64,000 nucleotides of DNA from an uncultured Acetatifactor sp. (GCA_947625475.1 CANQOL010000003.1:65134-129133); one strand, 5' to 3'; positions 19,701 through 29,216 are shown, numbered from the stretch's first letter. Notes: generated by a model not told the origin, from the letters alone. Translations and numbers: made by a program.

Positions 19701-22700
19701 GGGGAGGACATTTACCGGGCGGACGGCAGGAGAGTCTATCGGAAGGGAGAAGTGATCGAGCAGGAGCTGACCACCGGGGAGGACGGGAGCGTGACGACCC
19801 CCTATCTCCACCTGGGTGTCTATGAGCTGCGGGAGGTGCAAACCGTCCCCGGCTATGCTCTGGCCCGGGAGCCGATTATGGTGGAGCTGAGCTATGCAGG
19901 GCAGCTGGCCCAGACAGCCTCGGCCAGCGCTGTGGCGTATAACCGGCGCCAGACGGCGGCTGTCCGGCTGCAAAAGCTGGACGCCCAGACCGGAAACCCT
20001 CTGGAAGGAGGGGAGTTTACGCTGTACGCGGATGAGGATATCAGGGACGGAGAGGGCCGTCTGATCGTGAAAAAGGATACGGCCCTGGAGAAGGTTTACA
20101 CCGACGGGGAGGGAAGGGCCGTCTTTGAGACGGATCTGCCCATTCACGCCTCTTACCGGGTGGAGGAAACGAAGGCGCCGGAGGGGTATCTGCGGAATGT
20201 GCAGGAGAGGTGGAAATTTTCCTTTGATGATCTGGATCCGGCCAGGGAGAGCGCGGAGTTTTCCCACAGCTTTTTAAACGAGAGAGTGGAGGCTGCCGTC
20301 GGACTGCAAAAGCTGGATAAGGAAAACGGCGCCCCGGTTCCCCAGGGGGATGCCAGCCTGGAGGGAGCCCGCTACGGCATCTACGCCGGAGAGGATATCC
20401 GGCATCCGGACGGACATACCGGCGTCCTGTACCGAAAGGACGAGCTGGTGGACGTGCTGGAGACCGACGCCCAGGGACAGGCCCGGATATCGGGGCTTTA
20501 TCTGGGAAGGTACTATGTGAAGGAGATCAGCCCCTCGAAAGGGTATCTGCAGGATGAGACCGTCTATGAGCTGGACTGCGGCTATGAGGGGGATCTCACG
20601 GCTCTGGTCCAGCGGGAGGCTGTGTCCCATGAGCAGGTAAAAAAACAGGCGTTTCAGCTGATCAAGGTGAAATCCTCCCAGGAGGATACGGAGAGCCAGA
20701 CCCTGGCGGGCGCCGGCTTCTCGGTTTATCTGCTCTCCGAGCTGAAACAGCTTCCCCAGGGCGGTTATGATTTTGAGAGCGCGGCTCCCGTGCCGGTGAC
20801 GGAGGACGGCTCCCGGATCCTGTACACGGATCGGAACGGGTACGCCTGCTCCATCCCTCTGCCCTACGGGACCTACCTGGTGAGAGAAACCGTGGTGCCC
20901 GGGAATCTGAAGGAGGTAACACCCTTTGTGGTGACGGTTTCGGAGCACAGCCCTCAGGAGCCACAGGAGTGGAGGGTGCTGCTGGACCGGGAATTTTCGG
21001 CCCGCCTGCGGATTGTGAAGAAGGATGCTCTAAGCGGCAGGCCCGTGCTGGTGCCCGGGGCGGCCTTCCGGATCTATGACCTGGAGCGGGAGGAATACGT
21101 CACCATGTACACCACCTACCCCTCCGTGACGGCCCACTCTGTCTTTGAGACGGATGAGGACGGAGATTTGATTCTGCCCCAGAATCTGAGCCCCGGCGAA
21201 TATCGGATCGAGGAAGCAGGAGCGCCATACGGCTATACCGTGAATCCGGAGAGCGTGACGGTACGGATTTCCTCCGGATCGGCCTATCTGACAGACCCGG
21301 ATACGGGGGAGCCGGTGATCACGGCAGAGTACGAGGATACGCCGGTGAAAGGAAGACTGGAGGTGCACAAGAGAGGGGAGGTCCTGACTGCCTTTGTCCC
21401 GGAGGACGGGGAGAAGGGAGAGAGCGCAGAATTTATTTATCAGGAGAGAGGTCTGGCCGGAGCCGTATATAAGGTGTATGCGGCGGAGGATATTCCGGAG
21501 CCGGACGGAACCAGGGACGAGAACGGCAGGCCCCTTTTGCGATATGCGAAGGACGAACCGGTGGGAACCGTGACCACCGGGGAGGACGGAACGGGAGCTC
21601 TGGAGGATCTGCCCCTGGGAGTATACCGGGTGGAGGAAGCTGCAGCGCCCCTCGGCTTTGTGAGGGATCCCAGGCCGCAGCTTGTGACCCTGTCCTATGA
21701 GGACGATCAGACGCCCGTGGTGTTCGCGGGGATCACCTTTGTGAACGCCAGACAGAAGCTGGAGCTTGCGGTGGAAAAGCGGATTGCCGGGACGGATCTG
21801 CCTCTGGCGGGAGCCCGGTTCGGCCTTTACGCCGGGGAAGATATTCAAAACGCAGACGGCCGGGTGCTGGTTCAAAAGGGAGAATACATTCGTTCCGGCT
21901 GCTCCGATGAGCGGGGAGAGATTCTCTTTGGAGCCGATCTGCCCTTTGCGGCCTATGAAATCCGGGAGCTGGAAGCGCCGAAGGGATATGCATCCCTGGA
22001 AGGAACCTGGAGCGTGGAGACAAAGCCCGGGGGAGGGGATGAGCCCTGCGTCCGGTATGAGACAAGGATAGAAAACGAACCGACCCGGCTGAAGGTCTCC
22101 AAGCGGGATCTGACAAGCGGGGAGGAACTGCCCGGCGCGAAGCTCGCCATTGTAGATGCGGCGGGGGAGACGGTGGAAGAATGGATCTCCGGGAAAGAGC
22201 CCCATTATGTGGAGGGCCTGACGGCGGGAGAGAGCTACACCCTGGAAGAGAGAAAACCGGCGGACGGCTATGTGACGGCGGAGAGTATCGTCTTTACCCT
22301 GGAGGATACGGGAGAAATCCAGCAGGTGGTCATGGAGGACGACGTGACGAAGCTGGAGATTTCCAAGCGGGATCTGACAAGCGGGGAGGAACTGCCCGGC
22401 GCGAAGCTCGCCATTATAGATGAGGCGGGAGAGACGGTGGAAGAATGGATTTCCGGTAAAGAGCCCCATTATGTGGAGGGCCTGACGGCGGGGGAGAGCT
22501 ACACCCTGGAAGAGAGAAAACCGGCGGACGGCTATGTGACGGCGGAGAGCATCGTCTTTACCCTGGAGGATACGGGAGAAATCCAGCAGGTGGTCATGGA
22601 GGACGACGTGACGAAGCTGGAGATTTCCAAGCGGGATCTGACAGGCGGGGAGGAACTGCCCGGCGCGAAGCTCATCATTATAGATGAGGCGGGGGAGACA

Positions 22701-23162
22701 GTGGAGGAATGGATCTCCGGGGAAGAGCCCCATTATATAGAAAGGCTGCCCATCGGGATCTATGTGCTCAGAGAGGAAAGCGCCCCCGACGGATATTTCA
22801 TGGCCCGGGAGATCCGCTTTGAGGTGACGGACACGCCACAGCTGCAGCAGGTGGTTATGGAGGACGAGAGAATTCCGACCCCCGCTCCCACGCCTGCTTC
22901 CACGCCAGCGCCAACCCCCACGCCTGTGCCCACACCTGCCCCCACGTCCACCCCGAAGCCGGAGGTGCTCTCCGTCACACAGGAGGGCCCGGAAGAGGAA
23001 CTCTGGAGCAACGCCAGAACCCAGGACAACGGCCAGGAGGGATATTCTATTCTGCTGACAAAGGAGGATACGAAAAGATTTCCTCTGGGAGAAGCCGCAG
23101 TGCTGGCCGGGGCGGCGGCCCTCTGGATCACGGAACTGAGACGCAGAAGAAAGAGGTTTTAG
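16752..23162 (+). CDS. Giant cell-surface adhesin (2136 aa). It has a signal peptide, 23-aa N-terminal repeats, a putative thioester domain (TED), more than 10 Cna-B/SpaA-like isopeptide-type domains, a Pro/Thr linker and a C-terminal hydrophobic anchor with an Arg-rich tail.
   Basis: Signal peptide is MKIRQRIAALLSAITVLTAVWQPLAVYGA. The YCMQ motif (matches [YFL]C-hydrophobic-[DNEQ]) is followed ~140 residues later by STQTF (TQXA-like). Recurrent motifs LxKxD...PLAGAxF/Y...(A/V)PxGY are typical of Cna-B/SpaA folds. The C-terminus has a PTPAPTP linker and the anchor AAVLAGAAALWITELRRRRKRF. Confidence 0.7.
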   Translation: MKIRQRIAALLSAITVLTAVWQPLAVYGAGETGPGQRQEAAWEDNRGESVSGGDVSPGERPSWEDSPWESASGGDVSPGERPSWEDSLWESASGGDVSPGERPAWQDNPGESVPGGDVSGSDGRENGGLPPGLTWGGPAWELEAKGDVSGSDVPEDAYRPDTGSFLSFMEMPDEYGIAAIAADKGNLYVGQSIPYPADLQSNYTTHYYRIGNRVAYCMQPSQKAPSSQEVDMNSVYNEGVVKALYYGWNEDGPGENDKMRSFLIANGINLNAMGDNGAATMYVYTHIAVAYYYNGGNAQEAFHGVKNWENSVAYKWIQYLITLPDPLYSDGDNVGTDRSFFWLAPQIRGETVRYISTQTFRFTGRLHLTFPAGISYGSFTFMGKYWEDYTEFSSDGATAYNLVLDERSFPNTHGTRPRASGGEHASIVGQRTDHAYALYYVAFDDGSQDIGCLLEVENRYSSGSVPLKWDHVGIELSFRKVGKNSGRPLAGAQYTLYYDKECTRPLIAYQWRDGEPPSAYAGMLEWGGDWRYHISTVTDEDGIGRFDFETMGIPTVLYTMELENEHPDFVVYMKETRAPAGCGLDETVYPIDLKQYFTGGGGESGRKGATDYKTWNLGTFEDEDGVTLRLRKLDGARQTPLAGAVYGVFKDESCTGQIGTFPATGADGSAELLLEGGYSQVWIRELEAPKGYALDPAVYSWSPQTSTLELKDEPQKGTIVVYKEGLGLSGAVRDEKGIQFRYASQRLAGAVFELRAAEDIYDVYGVCQYRQGDLAAVLTTDETGTARARDLYPGAYLVTETKAPAGYEKAPKAERVLLTGDGSVQSVEKSAAFTDLRRTTSVRVVKRDAETDQPLGGAVIGLYAAAPIQAGGQTLVSKDELIERIVTGDDGKAVFTADLPVQFSYYLKEITAPAGYLLNGESFPVSPMEGDETVSILSVAVSDREQYGRITLYKEGEMLAGWNGSQFVYERGRLAGVVFQLSAGEDIYRADGRRVYRKGEVIEQELTTGEDGSVTTPYLHLGVYELREVQTVPGYALAREPIMVELSYAGQLAQTASASAVAYNRRQTAAVRLQKLDAQTGNPLEGGEFTLYADEDIRDGEGRLIVKKDTALEKVYTDGEGRAVFETDLPIHASYRVEETKAPEGYLRNVQERWKFSFDDLDPARESAEFSHSFLNERVEAAVGLQKLDKENGAPVPQGDASLEGARYGIYAGEDIRHPDGHTGVLYRKDELVDVLETDAQGQARISGLYLGRYYVKEISPSKGYLQDETVYELDCGYEGDLTALVQREAVSHEQVKKQAFQLIKVKSSQEDTESQTLAGAGFSVYLLSELKQLPQGGYDFESAAPVPVTEDGSRILYTDRNGYACSIPLPYGTYLVRETVVPGNLKEVTPFVVTVSEHSPQEPQEWRVLLDREFSARLRIVKKDALSGRPVLVPGAAFRIYDLEREEYVTMYTTYPSVTAHSVFETDEDGDLILPQNLSPGEYRIEEAGAPYGYTVNPESVTVRISSGSAYLTDPDTGEPVITAEYEDTPVKGRLEVHKRGEVLTAFVPEDGEKGESAEFIYQERGLAGAVYKVYAAEDIPEPDGTRDENGRPLLRYAKDEPVGTVTTGEDGTGALEDLPLGVYRVEEAAAPLGFVRDPRPQLVTLSYEDDQTPVVFAGITFVNARQKLELAVEKRIAGTDLPLAGARFGLYAGEDIQNADGRVLVQKGEYIRSGCSDERGEILFGADLPFAAYEIRELEAPKGYASLEGTWSVETKPGGGDEPCVRYETRIENEPTRLKVSKRDLTSGEELPGAKLAIVDAAGETVEEWISGKEPHYVEGLTAGESYTLEERKPADGYVTAESIVFTLEDTGEIQQVVMEDDVTKLEISKRDLTSGEELPGAKLAIIDEAGETVEEWISGKEPHYVEGLTAGESYTLEERKPADGYVTAESIVFTLEDTGEIQQVVMEDDVTKLEISKRDLTGGEELPGAKLIIIDEAGETVEEWISGEEPHYIERLPIGIYVLREESAPDGYFMAREIRFEVTDTPQLQQVVMEDERIPTPAPTPASTPAPTPTPVPTPAPTSTPKPEVLSVTQEGPEEELWSNARTQDNGQEGYSILLTKEDTKRFPLGEAAVLAGAAALWITELRRRRKRF
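16880..17110 (+). repeat. Coding tandem repeat, 69-nt unit x ~3.5 (23-aa units GGDVSPGERPSWEDSxWESAS).
   Basis: Near-identical DNA units are visible directly in the sequence. Confidence 0.6.
22101..22892 (+). repeat. Coding tandem repeat, 264-nt unit x 3 (88-aa SpaA/Cna-B-like modules), at least 95% identical at DNA level.
   Basis: The motif ...TCCAAGCGGGATCTGACAAGCGGGGAGGAACTGCCCGGCGCGAAGCTC... recurs at 22101, 22365 and 22629. Confidence 0.6.
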
Positions 23163-23165
23163 GAA

Positions 23166-24098
23166 ATGAAGGGAAAAAAGACCGGTATCCCGGGAGCCCT
23201 GCCGGCGGCAGCGGCCCTGGCGGGGATCCTGTGGATTTTGTGTCATACGGCCCTGGCCGGGCCGGGAGAGAAGGCGCCGGGTGAAGCCCCCGGCGCCGGA
23301 GAAACCCGGGAGGGGACGGAGAGTGCTGTCCCCCAAACCTGGCTTGGGAAGCTTTTCGGAGAGGGCGCCGCTGTTCCGGCGCCCTCCGGGGCAGGCTATG
23401 GCTTTCGCCGGCCGGAGCCTGGGGATATGCGCCTCCTGGAGCGATACCGGGAGCTCAACGGCTCTGTGGAGGCCATTTTGCGGATCCCGGGGACTGTGCT
23501 GGATCACCCGGTGGTACAGACCCCCTGGAACGAGGAATACTATTTGAACCGGGATCTGCTGGGGAATCCCAACAGCCACGGCGTCCCCTTTTTGTCCGCC
23601 GGCAGCCGTCTGGAGGCGGAGGGAGAAAATATCGTGATCTATGGGCATAATATATGGAGACGGACCAGGGACGTGTTCTGCGATCTGGCCGGCTATGAGG
23701 AGCTGGATTTTTATAAGGAACATCCCCTGGTGGAGACTGTCAGCTCCGGCGGCCTGAGAAGATGGCTGATCTTCGCTTACTTTCTCACGGACACGGGGGA
23801 GGAGGACACATTCCGCTATTCGGACGTCACCGGCTTTCCCACCCGGCAGAGCTTTGAAGATTATTTGAAGGAGGTGGAAAAGCGTAATTTCCTGGAGGTG
23901 GATGTGCCTCTCGCCTATGGGGACACGCTTTTAACGCTGTCAAGCTGTTCCCGGGAGCTGTCCGGAAGCGGCACCAACCGCATGGTGGTCATGGCCAGAC
24001 TCCTGGGAGGGGACGAGGACTGGGAGAAGATCGCGGAATCCGCCCGGATGGCGCCCTGTCCCCTTCTGCCCGCCCGCCTGGGAAAAAATCTAAAATAA
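23166..24098 (+). CDS. srtB: Class B sortase.
   Basis: An N-terminal membrane anchor is present. The catalytic His lies in IVIYGHN. The catalytic Cys lies in LTLSSCS (TLxTC-like). The ATG is 4 bp after the adhesin stop, so the two genes are in an operon. Confidence 0.7.
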   Translation: MKGKKTGIPGALPAAAALAGILWILCHTALAGPGEKAPGEAPGAGETREGTESAVPQTWLGKLFGEGAAVPAPSGAGYGFRRPEPGDMRLLERYRELNGSVEAILRIPGTVLDHPVVQTPWNEEYYLNRDLLGNPNSHGVPFLSAGSRLEAEGENIVIYGHNIWRRTRDVFCDLAGYEELDFYKEHPLVETVSSGGLRRWLIFAYFLTDTGEEDTFRYSDVTGFPTRQSFEDYLKEVEKRNFLEVDVPLAYGDTLLTLSSCSRELSGSGTNRMVVMARLLGGDEDWEKIAESARMAPCPLLPARLGKNLK

Positions 24099-24242
24099 GT
24101 ATTAAATCCCCCTAAATGGATAAAAATGAGAAAATAAAAGAAAATAAAAGAAAACAAGAGAAATTCAAATTAAATATGGGGATATACGGGTATGCGTGCG
24201 TTTGAAAAAAATGGAAGGGGACTCTAATATATCTGTTAGTGA

Positions 24243-24269
24243 TTAGCACTCGGCATCAATGAGTGCTAA
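24243..24269 (+). promoter_or_regulatory. CIRCE operator (HrcA binding site), perfect consensus TTAGCACTC-N9-GAGTGCTAA.
   Basis: An exact inverted repeat lies 30 bp upstream of the groES start. A putative -35/-10 (TTTGAA...TAATAT) lies just upstream. Confidence 0.85.
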
Positions 24270-24300
24270 CAAAAAGAATGACAAGCAAGGAGGCAATCAT

Positions 24301-26228
<1,928 letters not shown>

Positions 26229-26241
26229 GTGATTATGATTA

Positions 26242-26265
26242 AAAATTCGCGGGGCGAATTTTTAA
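26242..26265 (+). terminator. Rho-independent terminator of groESL.
   Basis: Hairpin AATTCGC-GGG-GCGAATT followed by TTTT. A second hairpin (CAAGAATCCGCC...GGCGGATTCTTG) lies just downstream. Confidence 0.6.
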
Positions 26266-26510
26266 TCTTCAAGAATCCGCCTGTTAGGCGGATTCTTGTG
26301 GAGCGCGAGCTTTTCGTAGCGCTTCGAAGGTCTGATAGAGAGAGGGTATCTCGAAGGTCATTTGAAATGGCGGGAGGGATGCCCTCTGTTTTTGATATCT
26401 CCGGGAGGGCGCGCTTTTTGCAGATACAGGGCACGCAGTTGCCCGCAGGCAGCGAACAAAGTTTATTGTACGGTTAAATATTTGGGTAAGCTGGATATGG
26501 CAAAAAGTTG

Positions 26511-26539
26511 TTGACGGGGGAGCTGATCTGTGTTAGTAT
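26511..26539 (+). promoter_or_regulatory. Promoter of sRNA copy A (TTGACG, 17 nt spacer, TAGTAT).
   Basis: Read directly from the sequence. The same -35/-10 hexamers recur at 29555-29583 in front of copy B. Confidence 0.5.
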
Positions 26540-26545
26540 CTTTTT

Positions 26546-26634
26546 AGAAAAGGTGTTACCGTAAAGCAACGGTTCGCCTTGGTTGGTTATCTTCAAAAAA
26601 GCAACCTAACTTTGGCTGGTGCGGTTGCTTTTTT
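26546..26634 (+). ncRNA. Small RNA (~90 nt), candidate type I antitoxin. It is convergent with, and overlaps the 3' end of, a small hydrophobic-peptide gene, and ends at a bidirectional intrinsic terminator.
   Basis: No ATG and no ORF. It ends in the stem GCAACC...GGTTGC plus TTTTTT. A 100% identical copy lies at 29591-29678. The opposite strand encodes a 54-aa TM peptide whose stop codon lies inside the terminator stem. Confidence 0.5.
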
Positions 26635-26770
26635 GATGTTTGTCTTTTCCCTTGGTCTGCCGGATGCTGATTGTTGTGACGATGATGCTGATAACCGTCA
26701 CAACGATCCCGGCAAGTTCCAAAATCATTTTGAACACCAATGCTGCATACCTTTCGCAATATTTTCCCAT
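26606..26770 (-). CDS. Small hydrophobic peptide (54 aa), candidate type I toxin: MGKYCERYAALVFKMILELAGIVVTVISIIVTTISIRQTKGKDKHQKSNRTSQS.
   Basis: Not in the ORF track (shorter than 60 aa). The RBS GGAGGGG lies 7 nt upstream of the ATG. A single TM helix is followed by a Lys/Arg-rich tail. Its own promoter (TTGCAA-16/17-TGaTAGAAT) sits at 26862-26889 on the minus strand. The 3' end overlaps the antisense sRNA. Confidence 0.45.
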   Translation of the reverse strand: MGKYCERYAALVFKMILELAGIVVTVISIIVTTISIRQTKGKDKHQKSNRTSQS

Positions 26771-26861
26771 ATGTATCCCCTCCTTCGATACAGGAAGCTC
26801 TCAAAATGGAATCATTTTGGCAAAAGGCGAACCGCTACCCGTTTTGGTAACACCTGCCTCC

Positions 26862-26889
26862 ATTCTATCATAGTGACAGGATTTTGCAA
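26862..26889 (-). promoter_or_regulatory. Promoter of the toxin-peptide mRNA (TTGCAA ... extended -10 TGATAGAAT).
   Basis: Read from the minus strand. The predicted TSS gives a ~85-nt 5' UTR that contains a same-sense copy of the sRNA 5' motif. Confidence 0.4.
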
Positions 26890-27545
26890 GATATTACAGT
26901 AAATAAATTTTAGTTATGGTTTTATTTTATAATTTTTTTAATATATAAACATTATTTCGGATTTTTTACTGCCGGGGCGGGACGAAAAAGGAGGGAAAAG
27001 AGTGCCAGATGGGACATTCGGCGGCGAATTCAAGAAAAACTCTTGTATAAAAACGATAGATATGGTAATATATTCCAGAGAATTCAAGGGCATAATGGTG
27101 TACCACCCGATGAGGCTGCAACCTCATCGGGCAAGGATGGTAACAGGGCTACCACACGATACAGACAAGCGTCTGCGATACACACATGTATCATTATAGG
27201 GCAATTTGCCCCAAATTACAATGATTTTATGTGGAAAAGCGGCGCGGGTCTGAGCCTTCGTTGTTGTATAACGGCAAGGTGCATGGTGTGGACGCATACC
27301 GGCACCTTGTTCTTGATTTCTCACCGGGGAGGGAGGCCTGCTTTTTGGCCCTCCCGGTTTTCCCCGTGTGAGAAGTCGGAGTTTGAGAGAACTGCGGCTG
27401 TGGTTGGTCTGCGGTTCTCTTTTCTTTTTCTCCGCATTGGGGGAATTTGCCGGGCGGAGGTCTCCGATTCTCAAGTCTCTACTTTGCATCGGCCGGGAGA
27501 GCCGAAAAGGGCGCCCGGCACAATTCTCAGAAGGAGGAAAAGGAC

Positions 27546-29216
27546 ATGAGAAAGAGAAACTGGAAAAGGCTGCCTGCCCTCTTGGGAGCGGGGATACTGG
27601 CGCTGTCCGGTACGCTGGGGGCATCCGCCGCAGAGCTGAAGGATCTTTTTGATCCGGAGTACTATGCGGATACCTACGCGGACGTGGAGAGCGCCTACGG
27701 CCACGACGCGGATGCCCTGTGGAAGCATTACCAGGAACACGGCATGCAGGAGGGGCGAAATGCCTGCCCATACTTTGATGTGCGGTATTACAGGGAGCAC
27801 AACGGAGATCTGGAGGAAGCCTATGGGGACGACTGGAGCGCCTACTATGAGCATTTTTTGGAGCATGGGATTTTGGAGGGGCGCAAGGGGTCGGAGAACG
27901 GCTTTGACGCGAAGGACTACCTGAGCCGGTATGCGGATCTGCAGGAGACGATCGGGGAGGATCCGGCGGCCCTGTTTGAGCATTATATCGAGCACGGCTA
28001 CAAGGAGGGAAGGGACGGGAAGCCCGAGCCCACACCTGCACCCGCGCCTGTGGTGAGTGTACCCCAGACCCCGGCAGCGGAGCCGGAGAATACGGCGGAA
28101 CCGGAGGCAACAGAAGTGCCAGAAGTGACGTCGGACCCCACTTCGGAACCGCAGCCGACGGAAACGGCTGCTCCTGTGCCGACTTCGGCACCACAGGAAT
28201 CTGATTTCATTCCTTGGTCGGAGGCGGGACTTGAAGATCATGTGATGGATTGGCAGGATGACAATTTGGAAGCGGCAATGCGTCAGATTACTGGAATTAA
28301 AGATCGGGATATTATGCTCAGTGACGTATGGGAAGAAGAAATATTAGGACTGGCTGCAAAAAAGATTACAAATATCAGTGCGTTATCTGAATTGAAAAAT
28401 CTGAAACGGTTGGAGCTAATTAGTAATCAGATTAGTGATATTAGCGCCTTGTCTGGCTTGGTAAATTTGGAGTGGCTGGATCTCTCAGGAAATCAGATCA
28501 GTGATATTAGTGCATTGTCAGGACTAACAAATCTAAAAGATGGGTTGCGTTTGAGCTGGAATAAACAGATTAGTGATATCAGTGCACTGTCAGGTTTAAC
28601 AAAACTGATAAGTTTAGAACTGGAAGATAATCAGATCAGCGATATTAGTGCTTTGGCAGGGCTGACAAATCTTCAAGTTTTGGAATTGAATTATAATCAA
28701 ATTAGTGATATCAGCGCACTATCAGGCATGACAAAGCTGGGATATTTGTCCTTATCCGGCAATCGAGTTAGTGACATCAGTACACTGTCAGATATGACAA
28801 ATTTGTATTCTTTAGCATTAGGAGGGAACAATTTCAGCGACATCAGCGCACTGTCTGGCTTGAAAGGATTATCCACCTTGTATTTGGGAAATGATCAGAT
28901 TCACGATATCAGTGTATTAGCGGGACTGACAGATCTGGAACATTTGGAGTTATGCGGTACACAAGTCAGCGATATTAATGCACTGGCCGGATTGACAAAG
29001 ATGGATATGTTGGTTATGTCTTCTAATCCGATGCTTAGTGACATCAGTGCACTGTCAGAAATGAAAAACCTCTATTATTTGGATATAAGTTCTAATCAGA
29101 TTAGAGATATCAGTCCTTTGTCTGGTTTGGAGAATTTGTACACGGTGTTTATTTACGGGAATCCTATCACAGACTATTCTCCGGTAGATCATGTATCGAA
29201 TGTCTACAAAGATTAA
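27546..29216 (+). CDS. Secreted leucine-rich-repeat (internalin-like) protein with N-terminal ~40-aa repeats and a Pro/Thr/Glu linker.
   Basis: Signal peptide is MRKRNWKRLPALLGAGILALSGTLGASAAE. A ~40-aa repeat x3 reads FDxxYYxxxxxDLxxAxGxDxxAxxxHYxEHGxxEGR. There are at least 14 22-residue LRRs (LxxLxxLxLxxNQISDISALSGL). The RBS GAAGGAGG precedes the start. Confidence 0.65.
   Translation: MRKRNWKRLPALLGAGILALSGTLGASAAELKDLFDPEYYADTYADVESAYGHDADALWKHYQEHGMQEGRNACPYFDVRYYREHNGDLEEAYGDDWSAYYEHFLEHGILEGRKGSENGFDAKDYLSRYADLQETIGEDPAALFEHYIEHGYKEGRDGKPEPTPAPAPVVSVPQTPAAEPENTAEPEATEVPEVTSDPTSEPQPTETAAPVPTSAPQESDFIPWSEAGLEDHVMDWQDDNLEAAMRQITGIKDRDIMLSDVWEEEILGLAAKKITNISALSELKNLKRLELISNQISDISALSGLVNLEWLDLSGNQISDISALSGLTNLKDGLRLSWNKQISDISALSGLTKLISLELEDNQISDISALAGLTNLQVLELNYNQISDISALSGMTKLGYLSLSGNRVSDISTLSDMTNLYSLALGGNNFSDISALSGLKGLSTLYLGNDQIHDISVLAGLTDLEHLELCGTQVSDINALAGLTKMDMLVMSSNPMLSDISALSEMKNLYYLDISSNQIRDISPLSGLENLYTVFIYGNPITDYSPVDHVSNVYKD

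Noticed and set aside
16880-22892. Tandem repeats examined as a possible CRISPR array
   Set aside because: The repeats are in-frame coding repeats within one ORF (23-aa and 88-aa protein modules) with no unique spacers and no cas genes.
24259-24300. N-terminal extension of groES (MSANKKNDKQGGNH)
   Set aside because: It overlaps the CIRCE operator. Canonical GroES starts at MKLVPLG, which has a perfect RBS.
26546-26634. Possibility that the duplicated ~90-nt element is a tRNA or tRNA-like gene
   Set aside because: No cloverleaf can be drawn. It has no acceptor or anticodon arm symmetry and it ends in an intrinsic terminator. The GGTTCG similarity to a T-loop is isolated.
27043-27549. ORFs in the 660-bp region upstream of the LRR gene (27043-27549, 27124-28194 minus and 27368-27652)
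   Set aside because: They have no RBS and Arg/Pro-rich composition, and they overlap the well-defined LRR gene start. The region more likely holds a 5' leader and terminator hairpins (e.g. at 27328-27368).
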